Part shown: one piece after another, positions 1-9,190 of the stretch
Layout of the letters: each line of letters starts with the position of its first letter
Position numbering within the stretch: the stretch's first letter is position 1
Assembly: GCA_022843945.1 (NCBI GenBank)
Contig: JALHMR010000023.1
Location: 7,941-71,940, forward strand
DNA length: 64,000 nt
Source of the DNA: Rhodospirillaceae bacterium
GTDB taxonomy: Bacteria > Pseudomonadota > Alphaproteobacteria > CACIAM-22H2
Reading direction: 5' to 3'
Program-made: the position numbers and the translations under genes
The notes under the pieces: model-generated
The model's database searches: none
What the model was told of the DNA's origin: nothing
Seen by the model: only the letters and a program-made list of their open reading frames with translations

Positions 1-530
1 GCATCCTGCTGCGGATCCTTGCGCACGATGGCGTATTTGATGCCGCAGACCACGCCGGCCTTGACCAGGTTTTCGACGTTCTGCGGGTTCAGGTAGCCCT
101 CGGCCTTGACGTAAACGATGATCTGCTTGCCGTAAGCGTCGGCGAAGCGCTTCAGGCCGGCTTCGGCACCGGCCGGCGTGGAGGGGAAGGTCTGTGGCAG
201 GACCATCGCCGTGGGGAAGCTGCGCGCCTTGAGCACCGCGACCTGGTCCATCATCTTGCCGAAATCCGGCCCGACCGACGGGATCACCCAGGTGTTCGCC
301 GCGGCCAGCTCGGCCAGCATGTCGAGGATCGCGGCGTACTCGCCGACCCCGATGTTGTAGAAATTGGCATTGCCGCCATACATCAGCGTGCTGACGCCGC
401 CATCCTGGAGATGGCGGATGAGCGCCCGGTTCGCCTCCTTGTTGAGGGACAGGTCGGCATTGCGCGCCAGGGGCGGCACGGCCAGGACCGACGAGGCGAG
501 ATCGGCCGGGGTGACGGGGGTGGTCTTCAT
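1..530 (-). CDS. DapA/N-acetylneuraminate-lyase family protein (dihydrodipicolinate synthase family), C-terminal part runs off the left edge
   Basis: No stop codon in the window, so it is not a closed ORF in the track. The reverse complement from CAT 528-530 reads MKTTPVTPADLASSVLAVPPLARNADLSLNKEANRALIRHLQDGGVSTLMYGGNANFYN..., a DapA-family-like N-terminus. GAGGAGG lies upstream. It is the last gene after dctPQM on the minus strand. Confidence 0.6.
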   Translation of the reverse strand, partial: MKTTPVTPADLASSVLAVPPLARNADLSLNKEANRALIRHLQDGGVSTLMYGGNANFYNIGVGEYAAILDMLAELAAANTWVIPSVGPDFGKMMDQVAVLKARSFPTAMVLPQTFPSTPAGAEAGLKRFADAYGKQIIVYVKAEGYLNPQNVENLVKAGVVCGIKYAIVRKDPQQD

Positions 531-557
531 GGGGTCCTCCTCAAACGAACGACAGCG

Positions 558-1841
558 CTAGAGCTTCAGGAAGCTGGGCAGCCAGAGCGAGAACTCCGGC
601 ACATAGGTGACGATCATCAGCACGATGGTCATGACGATGTAAAACGGCCAGAGCTCCCTGGTGATCTGCTCCATCGAGACACGGCCTATGGCGCAGCCGA
701 TGACCATCGTCGGCCCGACCGGCGGTGTCACCAGACCGATGCCGAGGTTGAGCAGCATGATCATGCCGAAGTGGATCGGGTCGATGCCGAACTTCATGAT
801 CACCGGGATCAGGATCGGCGTGCAGATCAGCAGCATCGGCGCCAGATCCATGAACGTGCCCAGGATCAACAGCAGGATGTTGATCAGCATCAGGAACACG
901 TACTTGCTGTCGGAGATCGACAAGAAGAACTCCGTGGCGATCGACGGCAGACGGATCAGCGCCATGATGTAGGCGAAGGCCACCGAGAATCCGACCATGA
1001 TCATGACCATGCCGACGGTGCGCGAGACGCGTGCCAGAAGCTGCGGCAGGTCCTTCCACTTCGCCTCCTTGTAGATGAACATGGAGACTAAGAAGGCGTA
1101 GGCGCAGGCGATCGAGCCCGATTCAGTCGCGGTGAACACGCCAGACAGGATGCCGCCCAGGATGATGACCACCGTCATCAGGCCCCAGATGGATTCGCCG
1201 GCGATCTTCAGCGCCTGCCTGAATGGCACGACCTCGCCCTTGGGATAGCCTCGCTTGTAGGAGATGAGCAGGCAGAGGCCCATGATCGACAGGCCGAGCA
1301 TGACGCCGGGCACGATGCCGGCAAGGAACAGGTGGGCGATCGAGATCGAGCCGCCGGCGGCGAGCGAGTAGATGACCGCGTTGTGCGACGGCGGCAGCAG
1401 GATTGCCTGCAGCGAGCCGCAGATCGTCACGTTGGTCGCGAAGACGCGCGGATAGCCGGCCTTGATCATCTGGGGGATCATCACCGAGCCGATCGAGGCC
1501 GTATCGGCGACCGACGAGCCGGAGATGCAGCCGAACAGCGTCTGGGCCACGACGTTGACCATGGCCAGGCCACCGCGGATGAAGCCGACGAAGACCTGCG
1601 CCAGGGCCACCAGGCGCCGCGCCGTGCCGCCTTCGGCCATCAGGGCGCCGGTCATGACAAAGAAGGGGATGGCCAGCAGCGGGAAATTGTCCACGCCGTC
1701 CGAGGTCTTGAGCATCACCGCCTCGAGCGGGATGTCGATCCAGATCGCTGTGACGATGGCGGAAAGGCCGAGCGCATAGGCGACGGGGACGCCGATGGCG
1801 CAGAACACGGCGAACGAGGCGAGAAGAACGAATGTGTCCAT
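558..1841 (-). CDS. dctM: TRAP transporter large permease subunit (DctM family)
   Basis: 427-aa polytopic membrane ORF with typical DctM sequence (e.g. GSSVADTASIGSVMIPQM). It sits immediately downstream of the small subunit gene. Confidence 0.9.
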   Translation of the reverse strand: MDTFVLLASFAVFCAIGVPVAYALGLSAIVTAIWIDIPLEAVMLKTSDGVDNFPLLAIPFFVMTGALMAEGGTARRLVALAQVFVGFIRGGLAMVNVVAQTLFGCISGSSVADTASIGSVMIPQMIKAGYPRVFATNVTICGSLQAILLPPSHNAVIYSLAAGGSISIAHLFLAGIVPGVMLGLSIMGLCLLISYKRGYPKGEVVPFRQALKIAGESIWGLMTVVIILGGILSGVFTATESGSIACAYAFLVSMFIYKEAKWKDLPQLLARVSRTVGMVMIMVGFSVAFAYIMALIRLPSIATEFFLSISDSKYVFLMLINILLLILGTFMDLAPMLLICTPILIPVIMKFGIDPIHFGMIMLLNLGIGLVTPPVGPTMVIGCAIGRVSMEQITRELWPFYIVMTIVLMIVTYVPEFSLWLPSFLKL

Positions 1842-1850
1842 GGCGGCGCC

Positions 1851-2372
1851 TCAATCCATGACCGAGGAGCCGAGCGTGGCGCCCGCCGGGGTGGGGAAGA
1901 CCTCGCCCTTCCACAGCCGCTCGATGACGAAGAGCAGCGTTATGGTGCCGCCAACGGGGATGGGCAGGTAGGTGACGCCCGCCGTGACCAGCGGGAACTC
2001 GCCGATCACCTGGTGCCAGGTGGTGAGGACGAGTTCGTAGCCCCAGATGAGCATGAAGAGATTGATCGAGACCATGCTGACTTCGGCGAGAAGGCCGAGG
2101 ACGCGGCGGGCGGCGGGCGAGACGATGTCCGCGACCGCCATGACGGCGATATGCAGCCCGTCGCGGTAGCAGGCCGAGGCCGAGAAGAAGGTGAAGACGA
2201 TCATCAGCAGGATCGCCATCGGCTCCGGCCAGCTCGAACCGAAGCCCAGCACGTAGCGGGTGAATACGCCCCAGGGGATGATGATGGTCATGATGACCAG
2301 GCACGACGCGGAAATGAAAACGCACGCCTTGTGCAGCACGTCCATGGCCGCGATGTATTTTTGTTTAGCCAC
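1851..2372 (-). CDS. dctQ: TRAP transporter small permease subunit (DctQ family)
   Basis: 173-aa protein with four hydrophobic segments. Its position between dctP and dctM is the canonical TRAP order. Confidence 0.85.
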   Translation of the reverse strand: MAKQKYIAAMDVLHKACVFISASCLVIMTIIIPWGVFTRYVLGFGSSWPEPMAILLMIVFTFFSASACYRDGLHIAVMAVADIVSPAARRVLGLLAEVSMVSINLFMLIWGYELVLTTWHQVIGEFPLVTAGVTYLPIPVGGTITLLFVIERLWKGEVFPTPAGATLGSSVMD

Positions 2373-2460
2373 CGAAGAATTCCCCCGCCGATAAAGAGCG
2401 GGCCGGCGCGGTGTTCCCTCGGGGAAGACCGGCCGGCCCGCGATGGTCAGTAATGACCGC

Positions 2461-3474
2461 TTAGCTGCTAACGGCCTGAATGCGCTTCACCAAGTCGGCG
2501 TACTTGCCGCCGTACTTCTCCCAGACCGGCTTCACTGAATCCTGGAACTTTTGCTTCTCGGCCGAGGTCAGCGTGATGACGTTGATCCCGGCGTCCTTGA
2601 TCTTCTTCATCGACTGGGCCTCGCGCTCGTCCCACAGCTTACGCTGCTCCAGCTGGGCTTCCTTGGCGAGCTTCTTGATGATGTCCTGGTCGGCCTTCGC
2701 CAGCCCGTCAAAGGTGCGCTTGGAGAACACCAGGATCTCCGGGATGATCAGGTGCTCGGTCAGCGAGTAGTTCTTGGCGATCGGGAAGTGGTTGAACGAG
2801 TCGTAGCTCGGTGGGTTGTTCTCCGCGCCGTCGACGACGCCGGTGGTCATGGCGTTGTAGACCTGGTCCATGCCCATCGAGATGCCGTTGCCGCCCATGG
2901 CGTTCATGGTGTCGACGAACAGCGGGTTGCCCATCATGCGGATCTTCAGGCCCTTGAGGTCGTCGGGCGAGCGGATTGGCCGGACCTTGTTGTAGACGCT
3001 GCGTGCCCCGGCATCCATCCAGCACAGGCCGATCAGGCGCGAGTTGGAAGCATTGGTGATCTTGTTCATCAGCTCTTCGCCGACGGCGCCATCGATGACG
3101 GCCCGCATGTGCTTCACGTCGCGGAACACGAACGGCATGTTGAAGACGTTGAGGTCGTCGACAATCGGGCCGACGACGCCGACGCTAACGCGGGCGTATT
3201 GCAGCGCGCCGACCTGGGCTTGCTCCAAGGCCTCCTTCTCGCCGCCGAGCTGCATCGACGGGAACATCTGGATGGCATAGCGGCCATTGGTCTGCTGCTC
3301 GAGCTTGGTGCCCATGCGCACCACGGCTTCGACCGTCGGATAGCCGAGCGGATGGACGTCGCTGGCCTTGAATATGGTCTTCTGCTGGCCAAATGCCGAG
3401 CCGCCGAAGCCCAGCCCGGTCACGCCGAGAGCCGCGGCAGCAGCGCCCGTACGCAGTACATCACGTCGTTTCAT
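2461..3474 (-). CDS. dctP: TRAP transporter substrate-binding protein (DctP family), Tat-type signal peptide
   Basis: 337 aa. The N-terminus MKRRDVLRTGAAAAALGVTGLGF is a twin-arginine signal. The body is DctP-like (PFVFRD, NPPS). The neighbouring udh/kdgD suggest a uronate or sugar-acid ligand. Confidence 0.9.
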   Translation of the reverse strand: MKRRDVLRTGAAAAALGVTGLGFGGSAFGQQKTIFKASDVHPLGYPTVEAVVRMGTKLEQQTNGRYAIQMFPSMQLGGEKEALEQAQVGALQYARVSVGVVGPIVDDLNVFNMPFVFRDVKHMRAVIDGAVGEELMNKITNASNSRLIGLCWMDAGARSVYNKVRPIRSPDDLKGLKIRMMGNPLFVDTMNAMGGNGISMGMDQVYNAMTTGVVDGAENNPPSYDSFNHFPIAKNYSLTEHLIIPEILVFSKRTFDGLAKADQDIIKKLAKEAQLEQRKLWDEREAQSMKKIKDAGINVITLTSAEKQKFQDSVKPVWEKYGGKYADLVKRIQAVSS

Positions 3475-3680
3475 GGAGAATTCCTCCCTTGTGGTTGCAT
3501 TTGAGTTTTGCAGAATGAGTCCCGACGGGCTCCGGCGAGACGGCGCGGCCGTTGGGAAACGTCAATCACGGCGTTCAGCTCTCCCCTGCGAACCTGCCCG
3601 ATCAAACCCTTTAGGTGGGTTCGTCGCCACAATTCTCCTGCCGGGGCGTGCATTGACCCTGTCACGCCGGCATGATAAGT

Positions 3681-3700
3681 GGTCAGGTCATACGATGACC
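3681..3700. promoter_or_regulatory. Candidate GntR/FadR-type operator overlapping the regulator start codon
   Basis: GGTCAGGTCATACGATGACC contains the inverted repeat GGTCAT-ACG-ATGACC (a GT..AC-type core) preceded by the direct repeat GGTCA GGTCA. The ATG of the GntR gene is inside the right arm. Confidence 0.3.
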
Positions 3701-4474
3701 ATACAACATGGAACCGGACCCGAGTCAAGCGGCGGCGATATGCTCGCCGCGCTCCGGCCCCTGAGTCCACCCCGCAATCTGACGCGCGAACTCGTCGAGC
3801 GCCTCTCCGCCGAGATCACCGGGGGCAAGCTGCTGCCGGGCGCGCGCCTGCCGACCGAGCTCGAGATGATGGCGGCTGCCGGCGTCAGCCGGACGGTCGT
3901 CCGTGAAGCGGTTGCCGCGCTGCGCGCCGAAGGCCTTGTGGTGACGCGCCAGGGTGTCGGCGCGTTCGTCGCCGCCGACGTCCAGCGCCGGCCGTTCCGC
4001 ATCGATCCCGATGGCCTGCGCTCGATCGGCGAGGTGCTCAACGTCGTCGAGCTGCGCATGGGCGTGGAGATCGAATCCGCGGGCCTGGCCGCCGAGCGCG
4101 GGGGTGCCGCCGATGCCAAGCGCATTGGCGCCGCGCTCAGGGCGATCGACGAAGCCTTTGCCCGGAACGAGGCGGGGGTCGATGAGGATGTCGCTTTCCA
4201 CCGCGCCATCGCCAATGCCACGGGCAACCCGCAATTCGCCCGCTTCCTCGAATTTCTCGGCCGTTTCGTCATCCCGCGGCGCACCGTTCGCCCGGTGGCA
4301 GAGCGCACCGAGGAGCAGCGCCTCTACCTGGCCAGCATCCAGGAGGAGCACCGGCTGATCTTCGCGGCGATTCGCGACAAGGATCCGTCGGCGGCGCGGG
4401 CGGCGATGCGCCGCCATCTCAGCCACAGCCGTGAGCGCTATCGCAAGCTCGCGGGAAAAACCGCCAAGAAATAG
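3695..4474 (+). CDS. GntR/FadR-family transcriptional regulator
   Basis: Frame of ORF 3368..4474, with start chosen at ATG 3695 (MTIQHG...). It has a winged-HTH segment LPGARLPTELEMMAAAGVSRTVVREAVAALRAEGLVVTRQGVGAFV and a FadR-type C-terminal helical domain. It is divergent from dctPQM. Confidence 0.85.
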   Translation: MTIQHGTGPESSGGDMLAALRPLSPPRNLTRELVERLSAEITGGKLLPGARLPTELEMMAAAGVSRTVVREAVAALRAEGLVVTRQGVGAFVAADVQRRPFRIDPDGLRSIGEVLNVVELRMGVEIESAGLAAERGGAADAKRIGAALRAIDEAFARNEAGVDEDVAFHRAIANATGNPQFARFLEFLGRFVIPRRTVRPVAERTEEQRLYLASIQEEHRLIFAAIRDKDPSAARAAMRRHLSHSRERYRKLAGKTAKK

Positions 4475-4479
4475 CGGCT

Positions 4480-4500
4480 GCCGGACATCGGATGTCCGGC
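4480..4500. promoter_or_regulatory. Perfect 10-bp-arm palindrome between the regulator and udh (operator or attenuator candidate)
   Basis: GCCGGACATC g GATGTCCGGC lies 19 nt upstream of the udh ATG. The single-nucleotide centre makes protein binding more likely than an RNA hairpin loop. No T-tract follows. Confidence 0.3.
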
Positions 4501-4518
4501 CAGCCAAAGGGAGAGACT

Positions 4519-5331
4519 ATGCGTACAGTTCTTGTCACGGGTGCGGCCGGCGGCATCGGCACCCGGCTCCGCAAGCTGCTCAAAGGCGCCTATCCGCAAC
4601 TGGTGTGGAGCGACATCAAGGCGCCGGCCAATCTCGGCACGGACGAGAAATTCATCCAGGCCGATCTCGCCGACCTGGCGGCTGTCGAAAAGCTGGTCAC
4701 CGGCGTCGACGGCATCGTCCATCTCGGCGGCGTGTCGGTCGAGCGGCCGTGGGAGGAGATCCTGCCGGCCAACATCGTCGGCTGCTACAACCTGTTCGAG
4801 GCGGCGCGTCGCAAGAAGGTGAAGCGCGTCGTGTTTGCCTCCTCCAACCACGCCATCGGCTTCTATCCGCGCACGCGGCGCATCAATGTCGACAACGTCG
4901 TGCGGCCGGACGGCTATTACGGCGTCAGCAAGGCCTTCGGCGAATCCATGGGCGCGCTCTACGCCTACAAGCACGGTCTGCGCGTCACCTGTCTGCGCAT
5001 CGGCAATTTCGACGACATTCCGGTCGATCATCGCCGCATGTCGATCTGGCTCAAGCCCGAGGATTTGGTGCAGCTCATCCGCATCGGCCTCGATCATCCG
5101 GACCTGCGTTTCGAGGTCTTCTACGGCGCCTCCGACAACGAGCGCGGCTGGTGGGACAACAGCGCCGCCTTCCGTTACGGCTACAAGCCGGTGGGGAAGT
5201 CCGAAGCCCACGTCAGGGAAGCGATGGAAGGGCAGGCGAAGCTCAAACCCGATCCGGTGGCCGACTGGTACCAGGGCGGCATGTTCTGCAGCATGGACTA
5301 CGACAGCGACGCCGATCTGGCCCGCTACTGA
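4519..5331 (+). CDS. udh: Uronate dehydrogenase (NAD-dependent, SDR/epimerase fold)
   Basis: Start at ATG 4519 after AAGGGAGAG. It has MRTVLVTGAAGGIG (Rossmann), DGIVHLGG.SVE, FASSNHAIGFYP and RPDGYYGVSKAFGE blocks that closely parallel the Agrobacterium/Pseudomonas Udh sequences as I remember them. The length of about 270 aa fits. Confidence 0.85.
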   Translation: MRTVLVTGAAGGIGTRLRKLLKGAYPQLVWSDIKAPANLGTDEKFIQADLADLAAVEKLVTGVDGIVHLGGVSVERPWEEILPANIVGCYNLFEAARRKKVKRVVFASSNHAIGFYPRTRRINVDNVVRPDGYYGVSKAFGESMGALYAYKHGLRVTCLRIGNFDDIPVDHRRMSIWLKPEDLVQLIRIGLDHPDLRFEVFYGASDNERGWWDNSAAFRYGYKPVGKSEAHVREAMEGQAKLKPDPVADWYQGGMFCSMDYDSDADLARY

Positions 5332-5341
5332 GGACGCCGCG

Positions 5342-6268
5342 ATGACCATGGAACCTGCCCGGCTGAAAACAGTCGTCGGCTCCGGCCTGCTGGCCTTCCC
5401 GGTAACGCATTTTCGTGCCGACGGCACGTTCGACGAAGGCCCGTATCGAGCCAGCATCGCCTCCAACATCGAGAACGAGGCGGTGGCCCTGTTTGCGCCC
5501 GGCGGCACGGGTGAGTTCTTCTCGTTGACCCTCGACGAGTGTCGCAAGGTGGTGAGTGCCGCCGCCGCCGAGGCCAAGGGCAAGCTGCCGATCATTGCCG
5601 GTGTGGGCTACGGCACCGCCATGGCCGTGGAATTCGCGCGCGCCGCGGAACAGGAAGGCGCGGACGGCATCCTCGTCCTGCCGCAGTACCTGCTCAACGT
5701 CGAGCAGGAAGGCCTCTATCGCCATATCGCGGCGATCTGCCAGGCGGTGAAGATCGGCGTCATCGTCTACAACCGCGACAACTGCCTGTTCGCCGCCGAG
5801 ACTTTGGAGAAGCTCGCCGAGAACCATCCGAACCTGATCGGTTTCAAGGACGGGCAGGGGGATGTCGAGCAGCTGGTGCGCGTGCGCCGGCGGCTGGGCG
5901 AGCGCCTCGTCTATGTCGGCGGTATGCCGACGGCCGAAATCTTCGCGGTGCCGTACCTTGCGGCCGGCTTCACCACCTATTCTTCGGCGGTGTTCAATTT
6001 CATCCCGAAGACGGCGCAGCGCTTCTACAAGGCAGTGCGCAGCGGCGACACCAGGACGACCGACGATCTGCTGGAGAAGTTCTTCATCCCCTATATCGCG
6101 CTGCGTAACCGGCGGCGTGGCTATGCGGTGAGCATCGTCAAAGCGGGCCTGCGCGTGGTCGGCAAGTCGGCCGGCCCGGTGCGGTCGCCGCTCACCGATC
6201 TCACCGACGACGAGACGGCGGAGCTCAAGCGGATTCTGGTCGGCGCGCTCGGCGACGCGATACACTGA
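5342..6268 (+). CDS. kdgD: 5-dehydro-4-deoxyglucarate dehydratase (KdgD, DapA superfamily)
   Basis: Start at ATG 5342 within ORF 4835..6268. It contains LLAFPVTHF, GGTGEFFSLT and IGFKDGQGD motifs. It is about 308 aa and lies immediately after udh, as in oxidative uronate clusters. Confidence 0.85.
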   Translation: MTMEPARLKTVVGSGLLAFPVTHFRADGTFDEGPYRASIASNIENEAVALFAPGGTGEFFSLTLDECRKVVSAAAAEAKGKLPIIAGVGYGTAMAVEFARAAEQEGADGILVLPQYLLNVEQEGLYRHIAAICQAVKIGVIVYNRDNCLFAAETLEKLAENHPNLIGFKDGQGDVEQLVRVRRRLGERLVYVGGMPTAEIFAVPYLAAGFTTYSSAVFNFIPKTAQRFYKAVRSGDTRTTDDLLEKFFIPYIALRNRRRGYAVSIVKAGLRVVGKSAGPVRSPLTDLTDDETAELKRILVGALGDAIH

Positions 6269-6293
6269 CGGCTTGAGCAAGGCTGGGGGTCTT

Positions 6294-7292
6294 ATGGCCG
6301 CGAAGGTTCGCGTCTTCCTGACGCATTCGCCCGATATGCTGGCGAACTACTATGGCGAGCGGGCGCTCGCCGAGCTGCGCGCCGTGGCGGAGGTCAAACT
6401 CAATCCGCACGGCCACGTTATCACCATGCCGGAGCTGGTGGCGGCGGCACGCGACTGCCAGATCATCATTTCCGACCGCCAGACGCCGGGCGAAGCCATC
6501 GTTTTCGACAGCCTGCCCGACCTCGTGGTCTTCGAGCGGGTCGCGGTCGACATCCGCAACATCGACGTCGCCGCGGCGAGCCGCAACGGCGTGCTGGTCA
6601 CCCAGGCCAGCCCCGGTTTCGTGCCGGCGGTGGCCGAATGGATCGTGGGTGCCATGGTCGATGCCGGCCGGCACGCGACGCACTACGCGGGCGCCTATCG
6701 CCGCGGCGAGGATCCAGAGCCGATCATGGGGCGGCAGCTGCGGGGAAGCACGCTGGGCGTCATCGGCTACGGCGCCATTGCTGCCTATCTTTGCAGCCTC
6801 GGGCAGGCGCTGGGCATGCGTGTGCTGGTGCACGATCCCTACAAGAAGCTCGAGGAGCCGATCGTGGCGGCGAGCAAGGACCAGGTTCTCGCCGAAGCCG
6901 ATTTCGTGGTGCCGCTGGCGGTCGCGACGCCCGAGACCGAGAACCTGATCAACGCCGCGGCGCTGGCCCGGATGAAGCGCTCCGCCTGGCTGATCAATGC
7001 CTCGCGCGGCAATCTGGTCGACGAGGGTGCGCTGGAGCAGGCGCTCGACGAGAAGCGCATCGCCGGCGCCGTCATGGATGTGGGACGCGCCGCCGACCAG
7101 AAGCCGTCGCTGCACTTGGCGAAGCGGTCGAACGTCATTGCCACGCCGCATATCGCCGGGCTGACGCCCGAGGCCATCGAGCACCAGGCGGTCGAGACCG
7201 CCCGGCAGGCCGCCGCGCTGATCCGCGGCGAGGTTCCACCGGGCGCCGTCAACACCGATAAGGCGACGCGCCTCAGCCGCCTGAAACGCTGA
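6294..7292 (+). CDS. D-isomer-specific 2-hydroxyacid dehydrogenase family protein
   Basis: Start at ATG 6294 after GGGGG. It has an NAD-binding GVIGYGAIA motif and a catalytic region NASRGNLVDE...TPHIAGLT (R/E/H triad pattern). Confidence 0.8.
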   Translation: MAAKVRVFLTHSPDMLANYYGERALAELRAVAEVKLNPHGHVITMPELVAAARDCQIIISDRQTPGEAIVFDSLPDLVVFERVAVDIRNIDVAAASRNGVLVTQASPGFVPAVAEWIVGAMVDAGRHATHYAGAYRRGEDPEPIMGRQLRGSTLGVIGYGAIAAYLCSLGQALGMRVLVHDPYKKLEEPIVAASKDQVLAEADFVVPLAVATPETENLINAAALARMKRSAWLINASRGNLVDEGALEQALDEKRIAGAVMDVGRAADQKPSLHLAKRSNVIATPHIAGLTPEAIEHQAVETARQAAALIRGEVPPGAVNTDKATRLSRLKR

Positions 7293-7313
7293 AAAAGAAT
7301 CCGGGGAAAAGCC

Positions 7314-8159
7314 ATGCCGCCCGCTTTTACGAGTCGTCCGCGCCTGAAGGCGCCGGCGGGCACGTGCGATACGGCCATGCATTTCTATAACAATCGCTAT
7401 CCCTCGGCTCCGACGGCGCTGTTTACGCCGCCCAACGCCTGGGTCGATGACTATCTTCGGATGCGCGAGTGGATCGGCATCGAGCGGACAATCGTGGTCC
7501 AGCCGACGGTCTATGGTTTCGACAATCGTTGCACGCTGGAGGCGGTGGCGGCGCTGGGGAAGCGGGCGCGCGCCATCGTGGTCGTCGACGAGACGGTGAG
7601 CGATGCCGAGCTCGAGCGCCTGACGGCCGCCGGCGCCCGCGGGGTGCGCTTCCAGATGTTCCCCGGCGGTGTCCTGTCCTGGGAGGTCATCGAGACCGTC
7701 GCGGCGCGCATCCAGCCCTTCGGCTGGCACATCCAACTCCAGCTCGATGGGCGGCTGTTGCCCGAGCGCGAGGCCCTGATCCGCCGCCTGCCAGGAACCC
7801 TGGTTATCGACCACACCGGCAAGTTCATCGAGCCGGTTGCCGTCGATGACCCGGCCTTCCGTATCCTGCTCGATCTCGTCGGCAACGGCCGCACCTGGGT
7901 CAAGCTGGCGGCGCCGTACGAGACGTCGAAGGTCGGCCGGCCGCTCTACGACGATGTCGGCGCGCTGGCGAAGGCGCTGGTCAAGGCCGCTCCCGACCGG
8001 ATGCTGTGGGCCAGCAACTGGCCCCATCCGTCACCCACGCTGCGCGTCCCTCCGATCGACGAGGCGGAGCTGCTCGACCTGCTTCTCGACTGGGCGCCCG
8101 ACGACACGACCCGCCGGAAGATTCTTTCGGATAACCCTGCCAAGCTCTACGGGTTCTGA
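7314..8159 (+). CDS. Amidohydrolase-2 superfamily protein (LigI / lactonase / galactarolactone-isomerase-like)
   Basis: 281 aa. Its layout parallels 2-pyrone-4,6-dicarboxylate hydrolase-type proteins (CDTAMHFY..., ARAIVVVD..SDAELERL...GARGVRFQ, WASNWPHP). Confidence 0.8.
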   Translation: MPPAFTSRPRLKAPAGTCDTAMHFYNNRYPSAPTALFTPPNAWVDDYLRMREWIGIERTIVVQPTVYGFDNRCTLEAVAALGKRARAIVVVDETVSDAELERLTAAGARGVRFQMFPGGVLSWEVIETVAARIQPFGWHIQLQLDGRLLPEREALIRRLPGTLVIDHTGKFIEPVAVDDPAFRILLDLVGNGRTWVKLAAPYETSKVGRPLYDDVGALAKALVKAAPDRMLWASNWPHPSPTLRVPPIDEAELLDLLLDWAPDDTTRRKILSDNPAKLYGF

Positions 8160-8161
8160 TC

Positions 8162-9190
8162 ATGGCGAAGCTGCGTCTCGGATTGATCGGTCTCGGCATG
8201 GCGGTCACGCCGCATGCCAGGAGCTTCCTCGACCTCAAGGATCGGGTGGAGGTCGCCTACGCCTTCAGTCCGAGCGAGGCGCGCCGTCGCGCCTTCGCCG
8301 AGAAGTTCCCTTTTCCGCTCTGCGACCGGCTGGAGACGATCCTCGACGACAAGAGCATCGGGGCGGTGTCGATCCTCACGCCACCCAATACGCATCGCGA
8401 GCTGGTGGAGCGCTGTGCGGCCGCCGGCAAGCATGTGCTTCTGGAGAAGCCGCTCGAAGTGTCCACCGCCCAGGCCATCGAAATGGTCCAGGCCTGCCGC
8501 GCCGCCGGGGTGACCTTGGGCGTCGTGCTGCAGCACCGCTTCCGGCCGGCCGGCCTGAAGCTGGCTGCGATGATCGCCGCCGGTGAGCTTGGCACGCTGG
8601 TCGGCTGCTCCACGGTCATCCGGCTGTGGCGGCCGCAGAGCTACTACGACCAGCCGGGCCGCGGCACCCGGTCGCGCGACGGCGGCGGCGTGCTGCTGAC
8701 GCAGGGCATCCATACGCTCGACCTGATGCTCAGCCTGGCCGGGCGGGTCAGCGAGGTCAGCGCCTACGCCACCACCAGCGCCGTCCATCGCATGGAGACG
8801 GAAGATATGGTCGCGGCTGCCGTGCAATTCGCCAACGGCGCCTACGGCACCATCGATGCGACCACCGCGGCCTATCCGGGCTTCGCTGAGCGCATCGAGC
8901 TTATCGGTACGCGCGCCACCGCCTCACTGGCGGGGACTGAGCTCAAGGTCTTCCGGCACGACGGCACGACGGTGGAAATCACTGCGGACGAGAGCAGCGG
9001 CGGTACGGGTGCCGATCCCATGGCCTTCCCGCATGATTATCATCGCGGCGTGATCGCGGATTTCATCGACGCGGTCGAGCGGCACCGGCAGCCGAAGGTC
9101 AGCGGCGAAGAAGCGCTGAAGGTCCACCATCTGATCGATGCGCTGCTGGAAAGCGGCAGAACCGGCAAGCGCGTCAAGGTCACCAGTTAG
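8162..9190 (+). CDS. Gfo/Idh/MocA family oxidoreductase
   Basis: 342 aa. The N-terminal Rossmann segment is LRLGLIGLGMA, and the EKP motif (LLEKPLE) is typical of the family. Confidence 0.85.
   Translation: MAKLRLGLIGLGMAVTPHARSFLDLKDRVEVAYAFSPSEARRRAFAEKFPFPLCDRLETILDDKSIGAVSILTPPNTHRELVERCAAAGKHVLLEKPLEVSTAQAIEMVQACRAAGVTLGVVLQHRFRPAGLKLAAMIAAGELGTLVGCSTVIRLWRPQSYYDQPGRGTRSRDGGGVLLTQGIHTLDLMLSLAGRVSEVSAYATTSAVHRMETEDMVAAAVQFANGAYGTIDATTAAYPGFAERIELIGTRATASLAGTELKVFRHDGTTVEITADESSGGTGADPMAFPHDYHRGVIADFIDAVERHRQPKVSGEEALKVHHLIDALLESGRTGKRVKVTS

Noticed and set aside
3368-3694. Long N-terminal extensions offered by the ORF track: GntR from 3368, PrpF to 14825, M20 to 45885, ATPase to 48064, the small hypothetical to 31758, PanE to 27293, permease to 49962, KdgD from 4835 and pLGIC from 24146.
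   Set aside because: The extensions overlap neighbouring genes or intergenic repeats and lack family similarity. Internal ATG/GTG starts with Shine-Dalgarno sequences or 4-nt stop-start overlaps give proteins of the expected family length.
6225-8027. 600-aa minus-strand ORF spanning three plus-strand genes. Similar long antisense or out-of-frame ORFs occur elsewhere, e.g. 17514-19529, 38631-40262, 27661-29298, 43128-44696, 1123-2325, 34654-35898 and 56053-57294.
   Set aside because: These are typical stop-codon-poor shadow frames of GC-rich DNA. The translations are Arg/Gly/Ala/Pro/His-rich low-complexity with no recognisable family. Each overlaps genes whose products have strong, full-length family signatures in another frame.
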